DNA of 64,000 bases from Octopus vulgaris (taxonomy: Eukaryota): positions 44,516,001 through 44,580,000 of the forward strand of contig OX597822.1 of the NCBI GenBank assembly GCA_951406725.2. Reading direction: 5' to 3'. This document shows, one piece after another, positions 27,577 through 41,443 of this stretch. Position 1 is the first letter of the stretch; every line of letters begins with the position of its first letter. The translations under genes were made by a program, and so were the position numbers. Below the pieces are notes generated by a model. It was given only the letters and a program-made list of their open reading frames with translations. It did not search any database and was not told where the DNA came from.

Positions 27577-28377
27577 AGTTATTGATTAAAGAGATAGAAA
27601 CACTATGTTCGCTGGATAAGCACAGGGAATGTGCAAAGGTTGACTGGATGATACACAACCGTATATATTTTGTAAATATCGTTCGTATAGCAGAGAGCCG
27701 CCATGTTTCAAAATATTAAATTGTTAGTCCGGTAGATACATTGTAAATATATCGAAACACTTACGCGACACACTTAGATGTGCATCACATCAATTGTATA
27801 GACATGAATAAGTATACAAATTGCTATTTCGCTTTTAATATTTGCCGAATCTGTGTAAGCAACAGCCATCTGTAAGTTATATCATCATGGCAGTAGGAGA
27901 TAGGAAAGAAGTCGCAAGTGAACACAGATGTAATCTCGTTAATGGTAACGCTAGAGCAGAATAAGGCTAATACATAGCACTTACTTAACGATATATTAAA
28001 GCAGTAACGTTTGATCTTCGCTACGATTATTTCCCATACAGCTACGCTATTGGTTTCACACATATTCGCCAGTCAGGTTAGGTTTTCTATAGCGGTGGGG
28101 GGTGGACAGGTGGGCTGGAGAATGGATGGATGTTGCTGTTACAATGATGGTGAATAGGGATAATGAGGAGGAGAAGAAAGGGAAGGAGGACGGCGACGAC
28201 GACGATGACGATGACGACGATACCGAATCGATAATTCCATCTGCTCCTCTGTTTTCCGATTTCCCTGATTATCTATCAGTTCCTATAAATGTCTGTTGTT
28301 CGCTGGTGTATATTCATTCATATACCTACTTATCAAAATAAGCACACCGATGTCACTACCAACGACGAATATGTATG

Positions 28378-28423
<46 letters not shown>

Positions 28424-29182
28424 TATGTATATATATATATATATGTATATATATATGTATGTATATATATATATGTATATATATATATGTATGTATATAT
28501 ATAAATATATATAAGTATATATATACACATATACATATATATATATATGTATATATATATATGTATGTATATATATAAATATATATAAGTATATATATAC
28601 ACATATACATATATATATGTAATGTATATATATAAATGGATTTATATATATGTATATATGTGGGTGTGTGTATGTATATATTTACATATATATTTATATA
28701 CACACATATATATGTATATATATGTGTGCGTGTGTGCGTATGTGTGTGTATGTATGTATAATTGATGTAGCTTTTTACTTTTGGATTATTGCCTCACGAT
28801 CAAAAATTCTTGGTTCCGATTCGCGGAACGGGTAGTGCGTTGTGTTCTAGCGCAAAACCTTCCATATCACGTTTCTCATGTGCATCTCAGAAATCCTGCG
28901 ATGGCCTGAGATCCCCATTTAGAGCAAATGTTTCCATCTCGGTCATATATACGTCATGTGACCTGCCCTACAGGTCTTAGGAAATTCCGGGGGTCGATAG
29001 GGATGACGATAAAATGAGATAGATTAGACCGTAGGTGCATTTGTATATTGGTGCCCATATATAACAGTACACATACTCACACACACACACACACACGCAC
29101 ATGCACACATACACACACACACACACACACAAACAGACACACACAGAGACATATACATACGATCCTTGTCACATACCTATAT

Positions 29183-29393
29183 TCTTTTACTCTTTTATTT
29201 GCTTCAGTCATTTTGACTGCGCCCATGCCGGAGCACTGCCTTTAGTCGAAGAAATCGTCCCCAGGACTTATTTTTTGTAAGCGTATTCTATCGGCCTCTT
29301 TTACCGAACCGCTAAGTTAAGTGGACGTAAACACATCAACATCGGTTGTCAAGCGATGGTAGGGGGACAGACACAGACATACACACACACATG

Positions 29394-29429
<36 letters not shown>

Positions 29430-29581
29430 CGACGGGGTTCTCTACCAAATCTTCTCACAAGGCTTTGGTCAGCCCGAGGCCAGAGTAGAAGACAATTGCC
29501 CAAAGTGCCACTCAGTGGGACTGAACATGGAACCATGAGGCTGGTAAGCAAGCTACTTACCACACAGCCACTTTGGCGCCT
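29183..29581 (-). mobile_element. SINE family B
   Basis: Homologous to 17461-17875, with internal (CA)n(TA)n. Confidence 0.9.
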
Positions 29582-29654
29582 ATACCTACTCTATTCATCC
29601 AATATCTGGACCTGTGTGTGTATGTGTGTGTCTGTGTGTATACGTCTCTTTGTT

Positions 29655-29880
29655 TCTGATTTTGTCCGCCAGTACCACTTGCTAACCGGTGTTGGTATGT
29701 TTACAGTTTACAGCCCTGTAAGCTAGCAGTTCGGCAAAAACCTTACCGATAGAATAAGTACCAGTCCTTAAAAAAGTAAAAAAAAAACACGAAACTGATT
29801 CATTCGACTAAAATTCATGAAGGTAATTTCACCCGGCATGGCTCCAATCAAATGACTGTAAGAAAAGAAAGATTAAAGAT
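29655..29880 (+). mobile_element. SINE family B 3' half
   Basis: AACCGGTGTTGGTATGTTTAC...GTTCGGCAAAA...CCGATAGAATAAGTACC...GCATGGC...AAATGACTG. Confidence 0.7.
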
Positions 29881-30597
29881 ATACATATGGGTGTGTGGTG
29901 GGGATGGGGTGAGCTGGGGTGTGCGTGTATAAGAAAGATTAATTACAAACTTGAAGACACTTTAATCATATAAATCTAGGTAGCTTCAGACGTCATCAAT
30001 ATTATTTACGGATTACACTGAAATAACGAGATTCGTTATTGACGACATATTTTCTTCTCCCTATCCTTCTCCTCAAACGAATCATACGCCCAGATGTGTT
30101 AGGCTTTACGTTTAATTTAATGAAATCAAACACCTACAGTTGTGTATGTATACACAAAAATTACACACACACACACACACACACACACGTATATATGTAT
30201 ACACACTTTCAAACATAGTGTGTGCGTAAGTATTAGTATGTGTGTATAGATGTATACCTGTAGCGCACCTAATGGGGATGGGAGGATGAAGGATCGGCAC
30301 ACCTCGGGTGGCGTTTGTGCGTTCCGCAATTTTAGGTCTGATGTATAAGCCAGGAACTTTTCAGCACTTTCTCGTATATACATACAATATATGTGTATGT
30401 GTGTGTGTGCGTGCGTGCGTGTGAGTGTATATGTATATATACATACATAGATACACACACATATTCGCGTGTGTATGTATATATATATATATATACACAC
30501 ATATATATATTTATTAGTATATATGTATATAAGTGTGTGTATATATATATATATATGTAAATATATATATATATGTGTGTGTATATATAAGTATATA

Positions 30598-30672
<75 letters not shown>

Positions 30673-30697
30673 ATGTATGTATGTAGATATATATGAA

Positions 30698-30760
30698 TAG
30701 CCTCCGGCCAACCAAAGCCTTCTGAATGGATTTGGAAGACGGAATTTGAAAGAGCCCTGT

Positions 30761-30827
<67 letters not shown>

Positions 30828-31043
30828 TTGTGCATATGTTTGTGTGTCTGTGTTTGTCCCCCCAACATCGCATGACAACAGATGCTGGTGTGCTTGTCCT
30901 CGTAACTTAGCGGTTCTCCAAAAGAGACCGATAGAATAAGTACTAAGCGTACAAAGAATAAGTCCTAGAGACTATTTGCTCGACTACAGGCGGTGCTCCA
31001 GCATGGCCACAGTCAAATGACTGAAACAAGTATAAGAGTAAAA
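30698..31043 (+). mobile_element. SINE family B, 5'-truncated
   Basis: Body and tail homology, with internal (TA)n. Confidence 0.85.
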
Positions 31044-31055
31044 TAGTATATATGC

Positions 31056-31150
<95 letters not shown>

Positions 31151-31635
31151 AAATAATTACTATGAAGCATTGTACAGAATATATTGTGCGTACACACGCA
31201 CATCGGCTATATTCGTTAGTTTCTCGAAAATGGGGTCATAAACCCCGAAAATTTGAATGCAAGAGAAATCTATATTCATTCATATATTTGTTCTCTTGAG
31301 ATTTGCCTTGCATTTACTTCGCATTGTCCTGACCCTACCCACAATCCTTTATACATTACACACACACGGGCACACACACGCATATAAACTTCCACCACCA
31401 GTATCTACTCGCAGTTCCGCCAGCACAACCACCATCAACACCAAAGCCAAAACCCCCACTGCCATTTCGTGTCAACCAACCAACACCTTAATTAAGCTTC
31501 TCCTTCTGAAACACCTAAAACCGCGTGAGATAATGAGCTACGCGATGGCATAGTTTCTCAGCCTGGAGCCAGAGGCACATTTAGGGATTGGTAGTGGATG
31601 CAGAGCTCCATGAATGGTGTCCTCATGAAGGGTAA

Positions 31636-31930
31636 AGACCTACGTTGGTAATGAATGACCATGAGATTGCACCAAGAAAGTTGCCCTCTGAGGCACAAGT
31701 GCATACCAGCCTCCTCTCTCCACGTCACTGATGTTATCCAAAGGAAAGGTAAAACAGCCGATACAGCTTGGCACCTGTGATGTCGCAACTCATTTCTACA
31801 GCTGAGTGAACTGGAGCAATGTGAAATAAAGTGTCTCGCTCATGGACACAACACGCAGCCTGATCCGGGAATCGAACTCACTACCTCAAGACTGCGAACC
31901 CGACTCTCTAACTATTAAGTCACGTGCTTT
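31636..31930 (-). mobile_element. SINE family D
   Basis: Homologous to 7412-7716 and 58672-58968. Confidence 0.85.
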
Positions 31931-32481
31931 TGCATGCTACCGCACAATTTCTTCTTAAAGATTTCCATTACGCTCTGTAACTTCAAAATATGCACACAGA
32001 TCATACGTACACACACATTTATATATATTATGCTGTTTTTATATCGTAAATTTTGCGTTGACAGAAAATATAGGATTCATTTCAAAATGGGACTCATTAA
32101 TAATCAATCATTGAGGAATAAAATATCGAGTTGGCATTTGAAAGTCTTATATGAATTAAATATATTACTGCTTTGAAGTTCAAACATCTGGTGACAATCT
32201 CTAAGGCTTAATTGCCTGCATCGCTTCGTTGAACTTTAGGACGGTGTTGTAATGTTTCTGAATGATAAGCAGCTCGGGGGAGGAAACCTAGCTGCCAATT
32301 GTGACAGATTCTACCGTTCAAATATTTTCGAGAAGATAAATTTGCTAAACAAACATCTACAAGATAAAAATACAAATCCTTGAATTGTAAAGAAGCTTCT
32401 GGATGCTTTTCTTGGAAAATTTAACCTATTCAGGACAAAGGAATTTGGCGTTAGTTGATGCATATTCCACTCATTATCTCT

Positions 32482-32712
32482 TATTCCTTTATTGCCCACA
32501 AGGGGCTAAACGTAGAGAGGACAAACAAGGACAGACAAACGGATTAAGTCGATTATATCGACCCCAGTGCGTAACTGGTACTTATTTAATCGACTCCGAA
32601 AGGATGAAAGGCAAAGTCGATCCCGTCGGAATTTGAACTCAGAACGTAGCGGCAGACGAAATATCGCTAAGCATTTCGTCCGGCGTGCTAACGTTTCTGC
32701 CAGCTCGCCGCC
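32482..32712 (-). mobile_element. SINE family A, full length
   Basis: Complete head-to-tail match to 8986-9213. Confidence 0.9.
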
Positions 32713-32766
32713 TTTATCTCTATTGCGGAAGGGGTGGAGCTGCAGGAGAATGATATGTTAGTGTAC

Positions 32767-32886
32767 ACTTTGCCTTTCATCCTTTCGGGGTCGATAAATT
32801 AAGTAGCAGTTGCGTATTGGGGTCGATCAAATAGACAAGCTCCCTCCCCAAAAGTTTCGGGCCTTGTACCTAGTGTAGGAAAGAAA
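32767..32886 (+). mobile_element. SINE family A 3' half (alternative tail)
   Basis: ACTTTGCCTTTCATCCTTTCGGGGTCGATAAATTAAGT...GGGCCTTGTACCTAG. Confidence 0.85.
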
Positions 32887-32919
32887 AATAAAAGAATGTA
32901 CGCTTTAAACACGTGAAGA

Positions 32920-33345
32920 AATTCCACATTGATATGGAAATTAGGTTCGATGATCGCCTGGAAGCCAATATTCCAAGTTAAGCAGTTGACCCAAATGGGA
33001 CAAATGCAACTAACCGTGATATTCGGCTACGAATAAGCCTTGTTGAGCCGCACAGTAATAATACTTATGAAGCTAAAATTTAATCACGGTTTCAATAACT
33101 TATGAACGAATAGGAAAATTGCTGTGAAATCCCCACTGCTTTGACAGGAAATAAATGTTTATTTCATTGCCTTCCTTACTTCTTAAATAGTTGAGACAGG
33201 CTTTAACCGAGCGTCTTCCATTCTATCAAAATTCTCAGTCGCTTAGAAACTGTAAGTAGAATCGACCTTCGTTTGTTTCTAACCATCATAGACCCATACA
33301 GTGAAAAATTTGCCAAACTGCTTCTGCTTCAAGGATCTCACCGAA
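32920..33345 (+). pseudogene. hAT (Buster/Charlie, SCAND3/ZBED-like) transposase C-terminal remnant
   Basis: Manual translation gives DMEIRFDD..ANIPS*AVDP...PLL*QEINVYFIAFLTS*IVETGF...RIDLRLFLTIIDP..EKFAK...QGSH. This resembles the hAT dimerisation region (FPTSYLVE.GFS...DLRL.L...P...SH). Stops and frameshifts are present. Confidence 0.7.
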
Positions 33346-34819
33346 TAAACACAATAAAAAAGATAAAATGATACATTTTTTTAAAAATTTGGCTAAAGGA
33401 TATTATTTCTGCGCTCAAAAAGTAATCATTTTTAGAAATTATTGATTTTCTGGGTGTCAATAGAAATAGTTTGTTCTTCGTGTCATATCAGAAAAGTGTG
33501 TGATTATAAATGGTTGTTTTATTGAACCCAGAAAATGTTTTTTTGTTTTTGTGAAAAAGAATAATACAGAATAAATACGCAATAAATAAACTCTGATATT
33601 TTTATGGAGTTTATTACGTTAATGGTAGAAAACAGGTCACCTTTGAAAATAGATTTTTTGAAAAATGTGTATTTATTATAATAAATTTTTGTCAAAAAAA
33701 TGTTTTCATTAGAAATTATCAATTTTTAAATATTCATTGAAATAAATTTCATGATAATAAAACTAATTTAAGACAATATTTAGAATTTTGTTATTTGATA
33801 AAATTAACAAATTTTATCTTTATTGAAGGTTTTCAAATTTTCAAAAGAGACTTGTTTCTACTCTTAACCGTATATTTACAAAACAGTAGTACTTTTTTCA
33901 ATAATAATGTCTAGAGGGGAGGCACAGTAAAATTAAGCATTCGAACGGTGGAGGACATGACTTTAAAAAAATGTTTAGAACGATTTCCCTTGAGTATTTT
34001 AAAAAGTTGAATGAAATAAATGCTTTTGATCTCAAAACAATAAGGTTTGACTTGAAACTAAACAGTGACAACAATATAATTAACAAGAACAATATGATCA
34101 CCTCCACCAAAACCGACACCAGCACTAACACCAAAACTAATATAACCAACACAACACCAGCGCCTCTACACACTCTTCAACTTTTATTTTAAACAACCAA
34201 CTAACAAGAAAATACGATAAACATGTTAGCAATTACTGTAGCGACGTATTTTTATGTCAACACAATCGTGTATGTGCGTATGAGAGAAAGAGAAAGAACA
34301 TAAAGAGAGATTTTGTGTGTGTTTGTGTGTGTGTGTGTGTGTGCGCGTGTATGTGTGTGCGCGTGTATGTGTGTCAGTGTGAGGTGTTTTTATATCCAGC
34401 ATGGAGATAAAAGCGATGAAATATCCATGAACCTGCAAGGCGTTCAATAGCTAACTAGAGTCAAACTCTATCTCCACATACGTAGCTTCCTACTTCACCG
34501 TTTTATCTTCTTTATTTCCATTCTTACCTCCATACGAATAAGAGTAGCGTGCGAAATGGTAACGCTAAAGGATTACACTTGATGTTGAAGCTGGTCTTTT
34601 AAAATGGTTTGATGCATGAGAAATAAAAAAAAATCATCCACAAAGCCAAAGTATTAAATCTTGCAACGTCTACAGTTAGAATAATACATGACAATAGAGA
34701 GAAAAATAAGATAGATGTTCGAGAAGCTATTCTGTTGACCACTTGGATCTTATTTTTTATGCATCTAACATGGTGCTTAAAACAGTATATATAACGATGG
34801 TGGTTTGTACTGATGAACA

Positions 34820-35250
34820 AAATGGGAATTTTAAATCAAGCCAAAGGTTTTTATGACGATTTTTAGAAAAGGAAAGGTGAAACATCAAATGAAACACCTT
34901 TTCTGGCTACTAAAATCGAGCTTGAAAGGTTTAAGTAATGATTGAATTCGCACAACATAAAATTGACCGGTGAAGCTCGCAGAACCGATTCCAAGGCTAC
35001 TACTAATTAACTTGTGCAGCTGAAAAAAATGATTGACAAATGGGGTTTACACGCCAGACGAAGCATACAGACTTCACTTTTCTAAAAGACATGCCTGCTA
35101 GAAGCTTTATCTCCCACCAGTACAATGAATACGGGGATTTAAAGCTTTCAGAAATCATCCGACGCTTCTTCTGGGCAGAAATGATGCTACTGTTTTGAAA
35201 TTAATGCTCCTACTCGTGTATCGTTTCGAACATTCAGGAGCTCATAAGGA
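34820..35250 (+). pseudogene. Tigger/pogo (TIGD-like) transposase remnant
   Basis: Manual translation gives AKGFYDDF...PFLATK...ERFK**LNSHNIKLTGEA...DMPARSFIS...GFKAFRNHPTLLLGRNDA...LKLMLLLVY, matching the CENP-B HTH to DDE_1 junction. Many lesions. Confidence 0.7.
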
Positions 35251-35366
35251 TTACACCAATTTCATTTACCACTGATTCAGCTTTCAAATGTAAGAACGAA
35301 ACACTAAGGGAGTTTATAAGCACTGTTGCCCTGCTGTAGTAAAATTCAGTACCAGATAGAATATTG

Positions 35367-35525
35367 GTTTCAAATTTTGGCACAAGGGATAAACATGAGC
35401 CAATTACATCGAATCCAGTGTCCAACTGGAACTTATTTTTATCGACCCTGAAAGGTTGAACGGCGAAATCGAACCCAGAGAAATTTGAGCTCAGAACGTG
35501 GAGACGGACAAAATGGCGTTAAGTA
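35367..35525 (-). mobile_element. Degenerate SINE family A
   Basis: TTTATCGACCCTGAAAGGTTGAA...AATTTGAGCTCAGAACG. Confidence 0.75.
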
Positions 35526-35526
35526 T

Positions 35527-35569
<43 letters not shown>

Positions 35570-35584
35570 GATACATACATATAT

Positions 35585-35700
35585 ACGGTAATACCTCACT
35601 TTACGAGGGCCGCTCTATGAGACCCTGGATACACGAGCTTTTACGAGTTTTATTTTTTATTTACGAGGGGTCTCCGGGAACAAATTATTTCGTACATCTA
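35585..35700. mobile_element. Small Tigger-like MITE remnant
   Basis: TA-CGGTAATACCTCACTTTACGAG terminus with repeated TTTACGAG subterminal motifs. Confidence 0.45.
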
Positions 35701-35708
35701 TATATATG

Positions 35709-36567
35709 TAGGACAATAACATGCAGCTTAATGCAAGTAAATTCCAAGTCCTGTTCTACCAGTACCCAAAACTGAACGAAAATCTTACAGGTTACACTGG
35801 CGCAAGAGGGATTACAATCCCACAATCAGTGCTGGACCTGGGTATCGATATGAGTGATGATAACTCTTTACAAGTGCATATTCCCAATATGGCGACAAAG
35901 TGCAGACGGTTGGATGGCTGGATCCTAAGGACTTTCAGAACCAGAGAGAAGGAAATAATGTTGGTCCTCTGGAGGTCATTCGTCCTCAGCCGCCTTGACT
36001 ACTGCTCCCAACTATGGTTACTAACAGTTTAACAGTGGACCTTGAAGCAATCCCACGAAGCTTCACAAAGAAGATCGTCTCTTTGCAACAGCTCAGCTAC
36101 TGGGAGAGGCTGAAACTGCTAAGACTCTATTCTCTGGAGCGTAGGTGGGAGAGATATGCAGTAAGATATATTTGGAAGATTCTGGAAGGGATTGTGCCAA
36201 ATTTCGGCATCGAAAGCTACACAAATGCCAGAACGAGTCGCCACTACACAGTGCCAAAGACACCAACAATGCCATCATACTTCAGGACTAGTTATTGCAA
36301 CAGCTTGGGTATCAAGGGCCCACACCTATCAAATATTCATCCAAAATGCCTGAAGGACCTACACAAAGTGGATTAAGTGTTTTCAAAAGAAAACTGGATC
36401 TCTTCCTATTGAGAGTTCCAGATGAACCTACCTCGCGGGAGGAGGTGCTAATCAGGGCAGCGACATCAAACTCCCTTATTGACGAAATGCCACATATCAG
36501 AAGAGGCTCTCAATAACACGACTATGCCCCATCATGGCCACAGCTTTGAGTTGAAACCGACAAAAAA
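35709..36567 (+). mobile_element. 5'-truncated CR1/L2-group LINE (RT C-terminal region plus 3' UTR), frameshifted
   Basis: Three consecutive ORFs (35721-36032, 36014-36376, 36295-36516): MQLNASKF..., DLGI, GWILRTF, SRLDYCSQLW, SYWERLKLLRLYSLERR, FKRKLDLFL. Confidence 0.9.
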
Positions 36568-36574
36568 TATATCT

Positions 36575-36730
36575 ATTTTCTATTTTCTCTCCCTGTTTAT
36601 TTCTGTGTTCCTTTCTGTCGAAGAGCTTAGACTCGAAACGTAAAAGACTTTCTCACTTCCCGAGCGTTAAACTAATACATCTGTTTGTCGTTTACACCCC
36701 TTTCTTCGTCTTCTTTTTTTTTGTAAATTC

Positions 36731-36737
<7 letters not shown>
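36575..36737 (+). mobile_element. Short Penelope-type terminal/non-autonomous element with variant hammerhead-like motif
   Basis: CTTT-CTGTCGAAGA-GCTTAGACTC-GAAACGTA-AAAG. Homologous to 60858-61027 (minus). Ends at (TA)n. Confidence 0.55.
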
Positions 36738-36788
<51 letters not shown>

Positions 36789-38004
36789 CATACATACATA
36801 CATACACAATACATGCATGCATGCATGCATACATACATACATACATACATACATACATACATACATACATACATACATACATACATACATACATACATAC
36901 ATACATGTATTTATGTGGATGAACAGAGAAAGACATAAGGAACAAGAGGGTGAAATATATAGTTTGAGGTGTATCTCAGGCAATATGGATAGAACACACA
37001 ACAGAAAATTAAACCTCTCCCTAACTGCTTGTACTCTACTATATTCCACTGTATTTTATCTAGTTTTACGTATTAAACTCCCTTCCATTCCTTCCCAACT
37101 AATCACGTTACTCTGTTATCTTATTATAAGTTGAGAAGAATCTGCTTCACGATTCCCTGTGTAATATGAATGGGACAGAATATTTTGTTCTCTATACTGA
37201 TGTCGCTGTAATTCGACGCCATATTGATATATTATTGATTAAATATATATGAAAATATATATCTGTATATATATGTATATATGTGTATGTATGTATGTAT
37301 GTATGTATGTATGTATGTATACAAACAATATGCTGGCGTCGATTTATTAGACAAAACATCGCTTGAATGCAGTCCCCCAGCAAAATACCTATAATTTCTT
37401 CTTGCATAAGCACTGAACAAACAGAAGGAAATCCGGACCGACATCAAATAATTTTAATATATTATAGGATATTAACATATATATATATGTTAAATATGCA
37501 CGAAATTTCCTCTTGTTTCTTATTAGTTAGAAAATACATTTGAATTAGTTTAGTAAACAAAGCATTTGCAATCGTGAGATTGGTAATTCTCTGTAGAGGC
37601 ATAAGGATAGTGTTAACTCACCTATCAGATACGTTATATTAATTTCAACATATTTACTGATCCGTTTTCTCTCTTAGATATTGAAAATGAGTTTGGTTGA
37701 AATGGATACTTAATTTAACTTCATTAAATCGTTCTGGCGCGGGTAGTATTGAAGATTTTTGGAAAGAGTCCAACATCTAACAAGTAAATGATTGTGACTT
37801 AATTAAGTGAAACAAGTCGTTAATCAATTCAGTCATAAATCAGCGTGAGGTATGAATCGTTGATTACTATTTTATAGGTTATTAAGTGAAAGAAAATGAG
37901 GTTAAAATAAATATTAAAACTGATATTTTGAAAAAAATATCATAGTGTACTTTACATTTTGGTTTAAGTAGAAAATAAAGAAAAAATATCAACAGTATAC
38001 AAAC

Positions 38005-38145
38005 CGCAGGCTTCCCAACCATATGGTTCCGGGTTCGCACCTAATATTTGGCGCCTTGGATATATGCTTTCTACTAAACCCTCGGGTCGACTAAAGAGAC
38101 TTGTGAGTAGATTTGGTGGGCTGAAAATGGAAGAAGCCCATTGTG
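38005..38145 (+). mobile_element. SINE family B 5' half, degenerate
   Basis: CTTCCCAACCATATGGTTCCGGGTTCG...CTTGTGAGTAGATTTGGT...GAAGAAGCCC. Confidence 0.7.
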
Positions 38146-38182
38146 TGTGGTGTATGTGTGCGTGCGTGTGCGTGTGCGTATA

Positions 38183-38378
38183 CGGAGGTTTGCTGACAAG
38201 TTCTTGCCTATAAGTAAAAGAAAATACAGGAGGAACAACTAATTATGATATTATTCAACACATTTCCCTCTCAGATTCACACAGTTATTGCTGCAGTCCT
38301 AAAGAACTTGGAAGCTTGGGCCTCCAGCCAAGCCTTTCGAAGTGCAGTGAAACCAAGAAACTTCTCAGTACACCCCCG
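38183..38378. mobile_element. mariner-like MITE
   Basis: Imperfect TIRs TA-CGGAGGTTTGCTGACAAGTTCTTG and CCAAGAAACTTCTCAGTACACCCCCG. A related single TIR lies at about 30347-30376. Confidence 0.55.
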
Positions 38379-39510
38379 GAGGGTAACTTTCTAGGTACAA
38401 TCCCACGTTCATTTGTGACCGAAGGGGGTCTTTATCCATTGCCCTATATAACAATAAAAAATAATAATTCCTTAATTAGTTTGTTTGCATTAACGGAAGG
38501 GTCCAGATGTAATATCTTAATGTATATCTTATTTAGTCTGCTCGCTTGAACGGAAGGGTCCACATGTAATAACTTTCTCTGATGAAATTATTCTCATAAG
38601 ATATACATGCACATTTAAAGCATAAATTTGTAATTTACTTATTGAGCACTAATGGAAACGGATGTAAGAATTAAAGATTACCAATATCTTAATAATAAAT
38701 AATTGATATTATCTTAACTCTCCATTTTCTTTCTTTCAATTAACTGAACATGAACTTTATATGTGTGTGCGCGCGCGCGTATGTGTGTGTGGCATGTGTG
38801 TATATATGGGTATGTGTGATTGTGTATGTGTGTCTTTGTCCTGCCCCACCACCACCTGATAGGCAGTATTGTGCTTACGTAGCCGTTACCTAGCAATTCA
38901 GCAGAAGAGACCGATAAAATACAGACCATACTTAGAAGAATAATAGATACTGGGGTCGATTGTTTCGATAAATTTCTTCAAGGCATTGCTCCAGCATGAA
39001 TGTAAAAGATAATATATACATATACATGTACATACATGCATATATATATATATACATACATACACATACTCATACACACACATATATATACATATGTATA
39101 TATGCACACATACATACACACACGCATATATGTACGTATGTATATATATATATATGTGCATACATATTTATATATGGATATATATATATGTATATGTATA
39201 TATATATGTATGAGTATATATGTATATATGTATATTTATGTATGTATGTATACATATACATACATACATAATACATACATACAAACATACATACATACAT
39301 ACATACATACATACATACATACATACATACATACATACATACATACACACACAGACACGAACGTATAGAAGTGCCAATTGAACTTTATGACCATTACAAA
39401 ATATATTTTTAATATTATTTGTTTAACACACAACATTGTAAAATTTTTTTTTAAATACCATAAATGAAAAACGTGAAAACTAGACAATGTTTTGATATTA
39501 TTCAACTGAT

Positions 39511-39680
39511 AGGTGCAGGAGTGGCTGTGTGGTAAGTTGCTTGCTTTCCAACCACATGGTTCCGGGTTCAGTCCCGCTGCGTGGCACCTTGGGCAAGTGT
39601 CTGCTACTATAGCCTCAGGCTGACCAACGAAAGCCTCGTGAGTGGATTTGGTTGATGGAAACTGAAAGATGTCCGTCGCA

Positions 39681-39771
<91 letters not shown>

Positions 39772-39912
39772 ATGTCTGTGTTTGTCCCCCACCACCATCT
39801 CTTGACAACGGATGCTGGTGTGTTTACGTTCCCGTAATCTAGCGGGTCGGCAAAAGAGACCTATAGAATAATTACTAGGCTTACAAAGAATACGTTCAAG
39901 AGTCGAGTTGTT
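39511..39912 (+). mobile_element. SINE family B
   Basis: Head AGGTGCAGGAGTGGCTGTGTGGTAAG, internal (TA)n(TG)n, tail truncated. Confidence 0.9.
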
Positions 39913-40411
39913 TTTCTAAAATTTTCGTTGCGACTTGCAACCTTCTCAATATATATATTTATGCATCTATATTATATATATATAGCACAGTAATACATCT
40001 TCATTTATATTTTCACGTGTACTTATATATTAAAGTATGTTTCCATGTATATTTTTAGAAAAATGCTTAGAGATTAGCTCCTTAATCCATGATAATGCGG
40101 AGATTTTCTTTTTTTTTTTTTTCGTTGTCTTATATATGTTCTTTTTCAAAACTCAGTCATATTCCTCTGAAAATACCACGACGTGCTAAAATGACACGTA
40201 CGTCATAGGTTCGTCCTCACTGACACTTACCGCTTTTAAATGCAAGCAACGAAAGAAGTGTTTTTGATGTGAGTTTTAGATATAAGAGCGAGTTTGAACT
40301 ATAACAACAGGAAACAGAAAACAAAAAAAATACATGTGGGAGTGTCACGACTGGCGCGTGTTTGATGTTGTGGTGCTTGCTATTGGGGTTTGATGGGAGA
40401 AAATGCACTGA

Positions 40412-40522
40412 TTACTACAACAGCCACTACTACTACTACTACAACTACAACTACTACAACTACTACTATTACTACTACTACTTCTGCTGCTGCTGCTGCT
40501 GCTGCTACAACTACTACGACTA

Positions 40523-40557
<35 letters not shown>

Positions 40558-40591
40558 ACTACTACTACTACTACTGCTACTACTACAACTA

Positions 40592-40622
<31 letters not shown>

Positions 40623-40651
40623 CACTACTACGACTACTACTACTGCTGCTG

Positions 40652-40720
<69 letters not shown>

Positions 40721-40809
40721 TTACCGCCATTGCCCACACCACAGCAAATATAACTTCTTTCATGATTTTTTTAAAGTTTTGTTGTCGCTGCTGATCTTTT
40801 TGGAAGCTG

Positions 40810-40843
<34 letters not shown>

Positions 40844-41011
40844 TACATGATGTTGGTGGTGATGATGATGGTGGTTATTGTGATGGTCGTAGCGGTGAGA
40901 GGGATAACGGTGGTACTGTTGATGAACGTAGTGGTGATGTTGATAGAGAAGGTAGCGATGACGATGGTGCTGGTGATGAGCATGACGAAGACGACGACGA
41001 CGATGATGATG

Positions 41012-41043
<32 letters not shown>

Positions 41044-41152
41044 GTTGATGATGATGATGATGTTGATGATGATGATGATGTTGATGATGATGATGATGAT
41101 GATAATGATGACGATGACGATGACGACCACGATGATGATGATGATGATGATT

Positions 41153-41183
<31 letters not shown>

Positions 41184-41195
41184 CGACGATGATGG

Positions 41196-41231
<36 letters not shown>

Positions 41232-41406
41232 CAGCGGAGACGATGATAATGGTGCTGACGGCCACAACAACGACGGTGATGGTGATGATGATTATGATGA
41301 TGATACCGACGAGGATGACGATGCTGATCTTAATGTTGATGATGAGTAGGACGATGATGCTGGCGATGACAAAGACAATGAGGACGACGACGACGACGAC
41401 GACGAC

Positions 41407-41443
<37 letters not shown>

